Counted from the first letter of the stretch, positions 24,695 to 38,169 are shown. The stretch is DNA of 64,000 nucleotides from Adineta vaga (GCA_021613535.1 CP075497.1:4650001-4714000), one strand, 5' to 3'. A program made the numbers and translations. Notes: generated from the letters alone by a model not told the origin.

Positions 24695-27026
24695 TTTTAT
24701 TTGACTATTATTTATTTTTCTCAACCATCTAAAACACAAAAAATCAAAATTGATTTATTTATTTATTAGTCACTTTTTCTTCAAAGTTACATTCATTCTA
24801 GATAAATATAAGAAAATTATATTCAAGATATGATAATATAACCACAATCTCACCTGTTCGTATGTACATCAAAGTAATGTACAAGATAGTCGATTGAAAG
24901 CGAGGAGAAAAAGCGCAAGGGAAAGAAAGAGAATACACCAAATTTTATTTTACTTGCATTTATAAATATTTGTCCTTCATGGTAGTTGCCTTTTGAATCA
25001 TTCGCTTTTTTGTATCATTTCAGTATGTACATATACTTTTACACAACATACACCGTCTCGCATACAAAGAGTAACCTTGAGAGACAGAAAGAATGGTAGA
25101 AGAAAAACGCTCTCTATGCGGTTTCCGATGATTATTAGTTTACTTTGTTTTAAAAGATATATCTATGACAATATGAATAATCTTCTATCAATCTTATACT
25201 TTTAGATATTCTATTGATAATAATCAAAGGACATGAAGTTTTTATCTATCTTCATGCGTGTACAGTGACTTTTTCAAGGTTCTACCTGGGATAGATAGAT
25301 AGATACAGTGTGTGTGTGTAATGATGCAATGATGCGCATCCAAAGCTGACAATGTGAATCATAAATCAATGAGAAGGCATACAAAGGAAAAAAGCTTAAC
25401 ATATATGTAACATGCATCAGTAACTACGTTCATATTACTAGTTCTGTTACATATATGAACTAAATATGAAAAGATTGCGAATAATATAAAAGAAAATATT
25501 TACTATACAAACATCAAATTAATATTTCATTATATTTGATCAAAACAATTTATTTTTTTCTTTTCCATCATAGATACGACATTGCAGATTTTCTTGACAT
25601 TTTCTTTCAAACGATGCAATATTTTTCATATGCAAAAAGATTTCATTTCCTGATACTGCAAGATAATGTGTGACAAACTGTTCTATACTACGAAATAGTT
25701 TCTAAATATTGATTGATATAGACTGATATGTGCGTACATATATATATCACATGTTACTTATTAATTAAATGTCATCTGTCGATTTGTTAATTACCTTGAC
25801 CTAATTTTTAATTGAAGTTGTATATCATCATTTTTCTATCTGATTTCTTCATGCCGTCATGTCATGTCTGTATGAATAGACTTCATATATCAGTTTCAGT
25901 AAGCAATCAGCCTTACTTTAATGTCACCTTAGACTTTTGAACTTGTAAAAAAGAGACATTAGTACTTTGAAGTACATTCTAATGCATCAATATTTTTAAC
26001 TCTATAGTTATGATTAATACATTCAAATCATCCATCAGAAAACTTTTTTAATTAGTAAATTAAATATACAAATACTTTGCAGCTTATTCAAAATGATTTA
26101 TTTATCAAGAATATGATTGTTATGATATGTATATATATATATACATCTAAGATAATCGTATAAGATTCATACTTGTCAATGTGACTGTTAGGAACACTTT
26201 TATTGCCAATATTTCTTCTTATTGTTTAAATTGAAAATAAATTGAAGAATTCAATAACAAAATAATACATTTCTAATTAACGCACGTAATAAAAAACGAG
26301 AAGAAAAACTTGTATGAAACCTTATCTAAATATAGATAAAAATACTTTATTTTTTCTCCACTAATCTTAGTTTGTATGAAGTTTATTAACTCTAAAGGGA
26401 GCAATAAGCTTGAATAGGGAAAAAACATTTTCTCCCAGCAAGTTAATTTTTTTCTCCCGTTCTATCTCACATACAGTACCATGTTATAAATAGTCATGAA
26501 ATTTATTCCGCCACATATCGCTTCTTCAGTGTATATTTGTAAGTATTACAATTGCAGAAATAGCATGAAATACATTTTGATTGAAACATTCTAGCCAAAC
26601 GTTTGTTTATAATATATATCTGTCAAAAACACTGGCATACTTGTAACTCATACAGTAGTAGTTTTAGGATATTGTAACTAACTTCTGACACATATGTTTT
26701 CATCAAGAATACTAGAGATTATCTAAAACTTGCAGTTTCCCATTCTTTTCTTGATATTAGTTATATTCATATATCGAATATTATACATTTTATTCCAGGT
26801 CATTTTCTTCTCTTTATTTCTTTGTCATCGGTTCTGTCTTTTACTATCTATCTTTGTCCAATAGCTATATGTATATATATATATGTACTAGTCTATTGCT
26901 TCTTTCTTATTCTGACTGTTTTTCTTTCAATATAAACACTGACAGATATATTATACCGCTGTCGACATATAAAAAACACACAAATCTGTTCTTCCACGTT
27001 TTAGTTACTTTTTCGTCAAGATTAAG

Positions 27027-28370
27027 ATGACTGATCAACGATGCATTGGAATAATTGGTTGTGGAAACATGGGTTTTGCTCTTGCTCGTCGCTTAACACT
27101 TTCAGGCTATACTGTTCTAATGGGTAGTCGAACTCCAAAAACTCAACGTCATGTTAACTTTGAAACAACTTCTATCATCGATTGCATTGAACGTACTTCA
27201 ATTATATTCGTCGCAATTCATCCTGAATATTATACAAATACACTCATCTCTCCTCTCGAAGATAATGCAACATTATTTGATGGAAAGATTTTAATAGATA
27301 TCTCAAATCATCTAAATAATCGATTGCAAGAAGATGAACTATCCAATGCAGAGTGTTTACAAACAGCTATTCCGAAAGCATACGTTGTCAAAGCATTCAA
27401 TACTATATCAGCATTTGTCATGGAAAGTACAACAGCTGGTGAATCTCGAATTGTTTTTGTAGCAAGTGATCATGCATTTGCAAGAGATAAAGTTATTAAT
27501 CTTGCACGAGAAATGAATTTTGATGGATTCAACAACGGTACACTTCGAACATCTCGACATTTAGAAAGTTACACACGATTTCTATTTCCTTTCTGGAGAA
27601 TACCTCTTATAATTACATTATGCGTTCTATCTTTATGGTCACTACTCACAATTTATAAGAAATTTATTAGTACAAAAACGACACTATGGCATCAATTATT
27701 TTTACATATGACAAATAAAGTTTTATGTACAAGTGCTATAACATTGTTAGCACTTGTTTATATGCCATCGAATTTAGCTTGTATATTTCAATTAGCATAT
27801 GGAACGAAGGATCGACGATTTCCTGCTTGGTTAGATAAATGGTTACTTTCTCGAAAACAACTTGGTTTATTGACATTTGCTGTTGGATTATTTCATGTAG
27901 TGATTACTTTAGTACTCATGTCACCTGCTTATTATACATCATGGTTTCATCCATCATCTGTTAGTGTTTCATCTGTTCAAAATGAAACAAAATTTCTTGT
28001 TCAACCAGGTTTAATGACATTCAAAGGTGAATTAGCATCGTTAATGGGTATTTTAACTATTCTTTCAATGTCATTATTGGCATTAGCAAGTATTCCAGCT
28101 ATTGGAAACTTGTTGAATTGGAGAGAATGGAGATTTGTACAGTCGAAATTGGGTACATTGACATTATTATTTGCAATTGGACATGTTCTTGCCATGGCAA
28201 CACCAGGTTGGGTACAAAAAAAATCTTGGAGCTCATTGTATTCAGTCGGATTTCTCTGTGTCGTATTTCCAGTGATCACAATTTTAATGAAATTTTTCTT
28301 TTGGTTACCTTGCTTGAGTCGTCCGATCGCTCGAATTCGTCGTGGAGAAGCTCGTAATCGAACAGTTTGA
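27027..28370 (+). CDS. STEAP: STEAP2/3/4-type metalloreductase (NADPH oxidoreductase + ferric reductase TM domain), intronless CDS
   Basis: Motifs GCGNMG Rossmann, GSR, DGKILIDISN, SNAE..Q, VVKAFNTISA, GTK.RRFP.WLDKWLLSRKQLGL and LNWREWRFVQSKLG; heme His residues present. Confidence 0.93.
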   Translation: MTDQRCIGIIGCGNMGFALARRLTLSGYTVLMGSRTPKTQRHVNFETTSIIDCIERTSIIFVAIHPEYYTNTLISPLEDNATLFDGKILIDISNHLNNRLQEDELSNAECLQTAIPKAYVVKAFNTISAFVMESTTAGESRIVFVASDHAFARDKVINLAREMNFDGFNNGTLRTSRHLESYTRFLFPFWRIPLIITLCVLSLWSLLTIYKKFISTKTTLWHQLFLHMTNKVLCTSAITLLALVYMPSNLACIFQLAYGTKDRRFPAWLDKWLLSRKQLGLLTFAVGLFHVVITLVLMSPAYYTSWFHPSSVSVSSVQNETKFLVQPGLMTFKGELASLMGILTILSMSLLALASIPAIGNLLNWREWRFVQSKLGTLTLLFAIGHVLAMATPGWVQKKSWSSLYSVGFLCVVFPVITILMKFFFWLPCLSRPIARIRRGEARNRTV

Positions 28371-28903
28371 ACAATATATATATATATATGCATGTGTTTG
28401 TTTTTTTAGTTTATCTTGTCAATCATAGTTTGACCTTCAATAGAAGATACAAAGTATAGAACAAGGTTATAAATGTTAATCATAAATCATCAGAGAGAAA
28501 AACGAAAGAAAACTAGATATGCTTTTCCTGTCATCACAGAATATATCCCGTTAAGACAAAACAGATGATAAACGGTTGATAGAATAGCATTAGTATTAAA
28601 AACAAAGCTTATGTAGATTTTAAAGAAACGTTACTTTCTCATTTAGAAGGAAAGATATCAACGAACCAGCTGTTATTTCGATTAGTATTTTTGAAGAGCA
28701 TGTTGCCTCTATCGATTAACAGTTTTGTGTCAAGTTTTAGAACAATATAACTAAATAGTTATTCAACAAAGATTTATTCAATTCATCAAAAAAAATTTAT
28801 TTTTTATCGTATTGTAAAATAAAAATTTGCTATATCAAGGCATAAAAGTTCATGTAATTATCATCTATTTTTTTTTATAATGTCACCAGATGAAACAGGA
28901 AAA

Positions 28904-31825
28904 TTATAGAATAAATGTCGAATTCAATTGTGTTGTTGATATTATTGTATCCCGTGGTTCATAAAGTAGCCCTAAAGAGTAAATTAATTTAAAAATATAA
29001 AACAATAAATAGTTCTCTTAATCTGCCTACCGGCGATAGATGCAGTCATGAAGGAGACCATGTTACCGCCAATTCAAGGCTCTTGGTGCCATTTTAATTA
29101 AAGCTCGTCGACGTCCAGGTGCAAATACACCAAGTGTTGCTAAAGCAATACCCATTGCACCAAAATTAGCAAATCCTAATATCCACAATTCATAAATTAT
29201 CGTACAAAATACACATTCTCAAAGACTTACCACACAAAGCATAAGTTAGAATAACGACAGAACTATCCTAGAAACAGAAATAACTCTCTCTATAGAATTG
29301 ATTTAAGAACTACAAAAATTACATTCCACAACATTTGAGTATTTGCTGGTAATGATAATGTTCCATTCAAATACAAAGCTAATGTATTATTTGCAATTAA
29401 ATCATTACGAAGAGCACGAATTTTTCCGAGTTCTTGATATGCAATAAACTATTTCAAAAATCGAAAAATTTCAAACAAAAAGAATCAAATTAAATGATCA
29501 TTACTTCATTCAAGCTAACTTTAATTCCGATTAATTTTGATGCTAGAAGACAATCTTTCGATGGTATACCAATAATAAGAGCAAATGGATAGAAAAGGAA
29601 ACCAAGAATAGACTGAAAATTCACTTCGGGATAATGAACAAGTGCAAACAACCATGAGATGGTTACATCAAGAAAACGAAGAACACTTATAAATGCAATT
29701 AAATTAGCGATTAAATAACCACAAATTTTCAATGCATTGCCAGCACCCGTCATCAATGCATCAATGACATTGTGTTGATCTCTAGATAGAAAAAAAAACG
29801 AAATAGCTTGTATGAATTGATTCGAATGAAAATAGCAAGTACGGTAATGGAACATTTTGAACTGTTTCCCATGATGTTTTGGATTTATGTGTTTCAGGTA
29901 ACAATAGCTTGGCAAATCCAAGTGCACCAGGTGCTGCCATAACACTAGCAGCGATTAAATGATTTGCCGGAACACCAAAGAAGATAAATGTAGCAAGGAC
30001 TGATCCTATAATCCATGGAAAACATATTGAATAAACAAAAGAATCTTTTTCAAATATCTAACCAGCCATTGTAGCAAAACCACCAACTAAAACAGCATGA
30101 AGTTCCGATGTTGTCATCGTTGGTACTAATGGCATAATCATCAATGGTGCTTCACTCATTCCTACAAAAATATTTGCTGCTGCATTCATCGACTAGAAAT
30201 AGATCACTTTAATAAACAAAACATAAATTCAATTATATATTTACTTCAGCTGCTGTTGTATTTAAACATTTCTGCATTAACCATGCAATTTTTCCTATAA
30301 TATATTGCATTACACGCAAATAATAAAGAACATTAATGACTGATCCAAGAAAAATAATGATTGAAGTAACCTGTATTATAAAACCAAGGATCACAATCAG
30401 TTAAAAACTTTTCAAAAGAATAAACTTACTTTGAATACATAAAAATGATCTTCATAACTTTCACCAAAAACAAAAATGGCTCCTGCTGCAGCATTACTAT
30501 TTGATTAAGATTGTGTATTTATGAATGTAAATAATTTTAAAGATAAATATTACTCGATAAATTTTGATACTTCTTTACCAAGAAAATCAAAAAATTGAAA
30601 ACCAACTTCAAGTCGAATAACAATGGCTGCTAAGATAAACTGGATAATGAATGAATAGAAGACAGTTTTCCATCGAATCTATCGTACGTATATTTTCTAA
30701 TCATTTTCATTCTTAATCTTTGTCCTACCTACTCGATGAGGATATTTTGAACCTAACAAAAGAAAAGATGACAATCGTTTCCTTATTTCATTCAGTAGAG
30801 AAAAAATTCATTTACATACCAAGTGTTCCAAGAGTAATTAATACAACAATACCACTTAGTGAGACATAATTTGAAGCTTGTTTAACTGTCAATCCAATAT
30901 ACAGTGCAACTCCAAGAAAAACTAATATATGTCCGATCCTATTTGAAAAGAAATTAACTTTTACAATCGAGCTTCTTATGAATCGTATAGAATTTACCAA
31001 GAAAATCGACTGATCAAGGCAGTAATTCGTTTTCCTCCAGTCGTATTATTAGTTGATGTGGTTAGATAATTAATGAAATTTTCTAATAAACGTCCAAGAA
31101 TTTTTTCCCATGCAATAACAAAAATGGCAAAAGCAACCAGAAAAAATAAAGCAAAACCTAAAATAAAATCAATTTAAGATTATGATTCTACATAAATAAA
31201 TAAATTCTACCTGCATTGCCAGAGAAAACATTTCCAACTATTGGAAAAGCCGGTGTGCCATATCGACTGCTCATAGCGAAACCAAAATAAATTATAAAAC
31301 CAACTAAACATAAAACTTTCAATATATAAACGAAAATCGTCTAGAAGAAAACATAAGGAAAGAAATGATCTTAGAAAGAAATTGAGTATATACTTTTTGT
31401 CCTCTTATAAATTGAAATATAGCGTCTCGTAGTTTTAAGACAACTAATCCAACTTTATTTCCTTCGCCAGATAATTTTTCAAATCCAGCATTATCATTCT
31501 GATCATCATCTTCTTCCTCTTCTTCTTCTTTGTCGTTTCCTTGTAATTTCGTAGTAATAATCACACCACTTTCAGCATCTATTTGATCTTTCACAAAACC
31601 CGAATTTTCATAGGTTTGAGATATCTAAATAAAATACTATTCTTTCTTCAGTTGATCTACAATCTATTTGATTACTTGTACAGATTGAGTCTCTTCAGTT
31701 ACCGGTTGAATTCTTCGTGAACTAAGTTCTCCTAGTTCATAATCATTTGTATCAACAGCCACCTTAGACAGAAAAGATTTCATTTTTTCAAAAATGATTC
31801 GTTTCAGAAAACAAACCTTTGTCAT
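28904..31825 (-). CDS. SLC28A3: Concentrative Na+/nucleoside cotransporter (SLC28), many exons, with an apparent +1 frameshift at ~29073
   Basis: Motifs IIFLGSVINVLYYL, AESMNAAANIFVGMSEAPL, SELHAVLVGGFATMAG, AASVMAAPG, ANLIAF, NEFIAYQEL and YALCGFANFG. The paralog number is tentative. Confidence 0.88.
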
Positions 31826-32833
31826 TTAAAAAAGTTCGACTGTATGTTTAGTGACTACTAATCGAAAATATTGTTGGACTAAAGAAAATAAAGAAAATAA
31901 ATATAACCTACAAAGAAATCTTTATCTCAAGATCGAAAACGAACTATAGAAAAAAGAAAATAGAAATCTATGTCGCTTGCTTTTTTATTCCTCTTCTTTT
32001 TTCAAGGTAATCCCATCAAAAGATACCAATATCTTAACTATTATTCGACTTTTTCTCTTTTTTCTTCTTCTTCTTTACCTTTCCTTTACCTGATAAAATA
32101 ATGTGAAGAGCACACATAAAGAATTTACACATACTTGAAAATATTTGATGACAATTATCAGTTGATGCAAAATCGTTATGTATATCTTACTATATAACTT
32201 CAGAACAAGAAGATTATCACCATATTGACTAAACTTTTATTATTACCTTGTTTTCTCTAAGTACAAATCCTTTATTTTGACTTATGATTAGCTAAAAGTT
32301 CTCAATGAAATTTTTTATCTTAAACATTTTTTATTTCTCATATAGAAATCCATTCGCTGATTAAATATTTTGATCTGATGTATTTCGCATGAATATATAA
32401 TTAATCTAAGATAAAACATGATTGTTTTTTTCAATACTATGTTCAATAATCTTTGTATTAATCCACAAGGTTAAAATCGATTTGATATTTGCATAACATT
32501 TATCTTATCAAATTGTTAAACTAGCGAAGAATGTCGACATGAGTTGTTTTGAACTATAATTTCGATCGATGATTGCAGTGTAGAATTACAGATCTCATTT
32601 TTTAGATAGACTAAATATACAATGATGAGCAGAAAGTATACTATTTAGATCATTTGCTGAATAAATGAACAACGGAAATTTGATTAGAAAACAAAAAAAT
32701 GAAACATTTTCTTTCGATTGAATTGCAAATGAAAATCGAAGGAGGTTTGTTGACAACAATCGAAACAGAACAAAATGAAATATTCTTTTCACGATCATTT
32801 GATTCAACTAACGATTATTGAAAAAAACATTCG

Positions 32834-33965
32834 ATGGTTCATACAAATGCTGTAACCTTACATCTTCATTATGATTTAGAGAAAGGAGGTTATCGAGGTA
32901 TTCAAATAACACGAAATAAATCTTTTGTTTTCGAATGAATCATCTTTATTTTCCCTCACATAGGTTATGATCGACGACATTTTCCAGAAAAACATCGTAC
33001 TACTCTCAATGATTCCAATGTTAAATCTCGTCGACGTTTACAAATTTCATCAGCACCAGCTTCACGAAATATTGATGAACCATGGCGTCCACATGGTCGA
33101 CATATCGAACCTACATATACAAAGTAAGTACTTTTATTCAAATGAGAGTAAAAGAAGAGAAGAGAAAGAAGAAGAAGAAGAAGAAAAAATCAATGAAATT
33201 TGACACAATCCTATCAAACACACATGTACATTCAGCAGTTGTTGTCGTTCTTTATTTGATTGTTTCTTCTTGTGTAAATATCGTATCGCAAACACTTTTT
33301 CTTTTCAATTATTAAAAAGTTTCGGACTTGATTGGCAATCGCGCATTCATTACACTGCTCCGCCTGAACATCCCGACAGTAAACCAACTTTACCTGTTGC
33401 ATTTATTGAACGTAATATTCGCTTTACTCGTCCTTATCCACACAATTGGCAACGTTCAACTAATGAATGGATTTATGTTACTGATGAATCTGTAGAACAT
33501 AATCCAGCCAAACGAAATTTCTTTGACGATATACATCTTCGATCAATAGAAGATTTAGGAAATCAAAATATGTATATGTCACAAATTGGTCATAAAAAAT
33601 CTGTTCTCGATATACGAAATGGCTTACCGAAAAGATCGGAAGGTGATAAAAACTATCGAATTGTTGAAGAATCTCCAGATTTTCATAAAATTGGTCCAAC
33701 AATACCTGTTGTCGAATTTGGCCGAAAGAAAAGAGAACATATATTTGTCAAATCAGTCGTACAGATGACGAACGAAAAAGTTCATGTTATTGATGATAAA
33801 GAATTTGCTGAAAGAGAACGAAAACAAGAACAAGAAAATATAATCGATGAAGTTGTTCAATTAGATAATTGGAAACCAGCTCCGCGTGTAACAAGTGCAT
33901 TTAAAGTACTCGATCTCGATCCAAATGATAAACGTGGTGGACGATATCGACCTCGTATTCGATAA
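32834..33965 (+). CDS. SPATS1: SPATS1-like (spermatogenesis-associated serine-rich protein 1 family), 3 exons
   Basis: The C-terminal GHKK..LD.RNGLPK...GDKNY...EESPDFHK.G...P.VEF...DEVVQLDNWKPA matches the remembered SPATS1 domain. Confidence 0.7.
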
Positions 33966-34087
33966 AGTTATTTGTGTGTATTTTATTTTGAAAAAGAAAA
34001 AAAAGAAAGAAGTCAACGGAAAATAAATTGGTATCATGGTGCTATATGATAGAAGGGAGGTTAATCGAAAACGATGATTTTCTAAGA

Positions 34088-34281
34088 TTAAGTAAATCCA
34101 CCAACCTAACAAAAGAATAAAAGAGATGATGTACAGACTTAAGAACGATAGAGATCAACAGATTCTTACAGTTACAAGATCAATTTCATCTTGTGTTAAT
34201 GGTCGTCGACGATATTTGTTTGGTGTTTGAGAAAATTCTAATGTAGCTGGTGTTTGAATTTTTTTTGATTGATTATTTGTA

Positions 34282-34312
<31 letters not shown>

Positions 34313-34552
34313 TTGCATTCTTCGATTGATTTGATGTCTGATCTATTGAAAGCGAACATGATCTATAAGTTAGTCTTTATTACAAGCGATAGATGCTTAC
34401 CTGTTGAATGAGTATCAGTATGATTGACACCATATCGAAAATGAATCATCGGTGCGTGATGACGAAGAGCTTTCTACATGATCAAAAAGCAAAGTTAAAC
34501 AAAAAGTACTTTATAATGAATAAACCTGAAGATGATTGATCATACTAGCCAT
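34088..34552 (-). CDS. MRPS36: MRPS36/KGD4 (2-oxoglutarate dehydrogenase adaptor), 4 small exons; missed by the ORF track
   Basis: Spliced MASMINHLQ|KALRHHAPMIHFRYG...|...TPNKYRRRPLTQDEIDLVT|VGGFT*, with the HxPxIxF and PxxYRRxPLxxxEIxxxxxGG signatures. Confidence 0.82.
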
Positions 34553-35030
34553 AATAATAGCAATGTTCAATTATGTGACTCTAAAAGAATACATAGATAG
34601 ATCTTATAATACTTTAAGGATTCTCTCATATTCAAAATTTGATAGAATAAAAGAAGAAGAAGAAGAAGAAGACGTATAAAAGTCTATTTAAAATAAACTT
34701 TCAGCTCTAAAATTGAGGACCTATTATCAGACAAAATCATTTGATTGCAAGTGACACTAAACAAATTTCCATATCATTTTATGTGAGATCATACATAGTT
34801 CGGTTCATTAATTTAATTCCTTTATTTCTATCGATATCAAAAAATCAATCTTGTTTAGACTGAAAATAGTTGAATACCGCACCGCAACTATCAGATGTCT
34901 GATGGGACCGTTAAACCAATAGAAACAAAAAGTTGCTTTTTCCTTATTGATTGAGAAGGACATCTGCAATGAAAATCCAACGATAAACGTAGAAATAATA
35001 TTTATTTTTCTTTGACCTTTAAAACGAAAA

Positions 35031-36163
35031 ATGTTGAAAACAATTACTCATCGTTTTCTCCCGTTTACATATCGTCTATCACATCGATTGAATTCTACTA
35101 AATCTACCTGTGTCATACCGGGCGACGGTTCAGAATTACGTGGCGATGGAGCCATTCGTCGAAGTGAACTTTACGGTTCAACGATTGAACAAAGTTATGC
35201 TGGTGTTTTATCATTTCTTCGTCGAAATTATACTCGAAATTTAAAAGGTGTTGATGTAGCGGTTACAGGCATTCCATTAGATTTAGCTACAACATATCGA
35301 CCAGGTACTCGATTTGGTCCGAAAGGTATTCGTGAAGCATCTGTTCAATTTGCTGAATTAAAAAGTTATCCCGATGGACTTGAAATTTTCGAAGATTTAG
35401 CCGTTATTGATTATGGAGATTGTTGGTTTGACCAAGGTCAACCAAAAACTGTTCCACTTGCCATTCAAAATCACGCCAAAAAGATTATAGATAGAAATGT
35501 TTTTCTACTTTCATTAGGTTACTTATTTTCTTCAAAAAAAAATAAAAATTTTAAAATGATATATTCTATGTAGGTGGTGATCATTATATGACCTATCCAT
35601 TATTAAAAGCTCATGTTGCTCGACATGGAAAACCATTATCTCTCATACAATTCGATGCTCATTGTGATACATGGCCAGATCAACATTCGGACAGTTTAAA
35701 TCATGGTTCTATGTTTTATTATGCAGTCAATGAAGGACTCATTGATCCAAAAACATCGATTCAAATCGGTATTCGAACATACAATGATGATTTTATGGGT
35801 GTTAAAATTCTCGATGCAAATTGGGTTCATCGACATACAATCGAAGATGTTGTTGCAGAAATTCAAAATCGTGTTGGCGATACACCAACCTATTTAACTT
35901 TTGATATCGATTGTTTAGATCCAGCATTTGCACCGGGTACAGGTACTCCTGTATGTGGTGGATTAACAACAGCACAAGCACTTGCAATTATTCGTCAACT
36001 TAGATCCATTAATTATGTTGGAATGGATATTGTTGAAGTTTCTCCACCTTATGATCATGCAAATATAACAAGTTTAGCAGCAGCTACACTAGGATATGAA
36101 TTTTTAATTCTATTACGAAATAAAAAAATGATTGATAAATCATTTCAGTTCGGAAGTCAATGA
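35031..36163 (+). CDS. speB: Agmatinase (ureohydrolase) of proteobacterial type, with one intron (35518-35573) and an N-terminal transit-like peptide
   Basis: RPGTRFGP, LG|GDH, FDAHCDT, NHGS, GIRT, TFDIDCLDPAFAPGTGTP and DIVEVSPPYD are all intact. Confidence 0.92.
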
Positions 36164-36422
36164 TTATTAACCGTCTTTTTGCTTTGTTTATGTAATTTGA
36201 TATTTAATAAAATGATTAGCTAGAAAACTCATTATCACAACTGAAATATCCATCGGTTAGATAGAAAAATAAATTTGTACCAATCAAAAAGATAGCAGTC
36301 GAACTAACTATCTTACCTCCATCGAATCATTTCTTTGTTTTCCATCTGATAAATGACTAATCGTTATCGATAGAAAAGAAGACTATTCACTTAACCATCG
36401 TACCGATCAAAATTTCTTGAAA

Positions 36423-37893
36423 ATGCTATTTAAACATCTCATATCATCATTGATTTTTCTTATCCTAACATTCAATCTTGTATTTGGTGATGAGAAAACG
36501 TGTACTGAAACTAACTGTCAACTACCATCGTGTCAATGTCCTGTAACAAATGGAAATCCAACATCATTAAATATCACTGATATACCTCAACTTGTAAAAA
36601 CTATCATTATAACAAAGATTTAATTGATAATCTTCATGATTTCTAGGTTTTATTCACTTTCGTCGGTAATTTAAATCAATATACCTTTGATTCTATTCGT
36701 TCAATTCTTAATCCTGCTCATCGAAATCCAAATAAATGTCCTATATCATCGACATTTTTTGTCAATGATAATTATACAGATTATTGTTTAGTTCAACGTT
36801 TATTTAATAATCATAATGAAATAGCAATGACAACTTCAAGCAATAGGTAAAATGAATATTACTTTCTTTTTTCTTTTATTCAATATAAAATTCGATTTTT
36901 TTTTCTCCCAAGGTGTCCGTTGACAAATTGTTATGAAGAAAATCATTGGCGTCGTTGGATTGAGAATGATTGGAAACGTGAAATTAAACAACAACGAACT
37001 AATCTCATTGATCAATCTCATATTCATCGATCACATATCAAAGGTTTTCGTGTTCCTCATTTACAAATCGATGACAATAAACACGTAGATTTAATTCGCA
37101 ATTATCATTTTCATTACGATTCATCAATGTTATTCAAATCATCGGATTTAATCTGGCCATTTACAATGAATTATTTACTAAACACAACGAATTGTATCAA
37201 TTGTGATGATAAATCAAATAAAACCATTGAATCCTTATGGCAATTTCCATTACATGAATGGACGCGTCCCAATGGTAAATTGAAATCTATTGTCATATTT
37301 GTTTTTATTTTTCATTTCTAGCAAGTAGTGCTTGTCGAACTCTTTCCGATCCAACTTGTTTACCCGAAGATGAAGTACAGACAGCCGATTTATTCTTTAA
37401 TTTAATAAAATATAATTTTGATCGTCATTCCTCATCAAATCTCGGACAACGATCTCCATTTATAATTGAACTTGATCTTTTTTGGCTTTCCGAACATCAA
37501 AATAAACGTCTTGAAGGATTAATTCGTTTTATTGAATATATTTTAAATAGTGAAGATCATCGTCATGTCTATTTCATCTCAATTGAACAAGCACTTGAAT
37601 GGTTGAAATATCCTCGAAAATTAAATGAACTCGAAGATTTCTGGGCATTTAGTTGTAATGATATAATCTATGATTATGATATCGATTGTGTTAATTTCGA
37701 TTTGAATTTTTCTCATAAAGCAGATGCGAAAAAATTGATATCCACTAACAAAACAAATGCTACTGATTCAGAATTGAAAGATCGACATGCTGAAGATTTA
37801 TTCCGTAGTGATATTGTTTTTCATTCGATTTGGATATTTATTCTTTTAATTATAATCGTTCTTTTTTATGATCATTATTTTTCAAATAAATGA
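36423..37893 (+). CDS. Chitin deacetylase-like (CE4) protein with signal peptide and C-terminal TM helix, catalytically degenerate, 4 exons
   Basis: CTETNCQLPSCQC, DIPQL|VLFTF, RNPNKCPISSTFFV, IKGFRVPHL, YDSSM, WPFTM, YNFDRH, VYFISIEQALEWLKYP; TM at IWIFILLIIIVLFY. Confidence 0.85.
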
Positions 37894-38169
37894 TATTCTT
37901 ACGTTGCTTTTTTTCCTTCTTCTTTTGTTTTTATTTTCTTTGAACTATTTGACAATAAATTTTAAAAAAAAACGAATCATTATCAAATCATTTGTTTCTT
38001 TTGGTTTCTATAAGTAAAATTGACAACGAAAACAGAAAGAGATTAAACATTGAATCAAACCGGTTAAAAGAAAGAAACAGATTTTTCGTTCGAAAGATAT
38101 TATACACTATGAAATCACTGGTGTTACACTTTATTATGAACAAATATGTGAAGAAAAAAAGAGGTTGTC

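Noticed and set aside
28001-28393. Antisense ORFs over STEAP (also over HSP70 at 60430 and 61815, and Roquin-like at 57781)
   Set aside because: They are shadow frames of well-supported genes.
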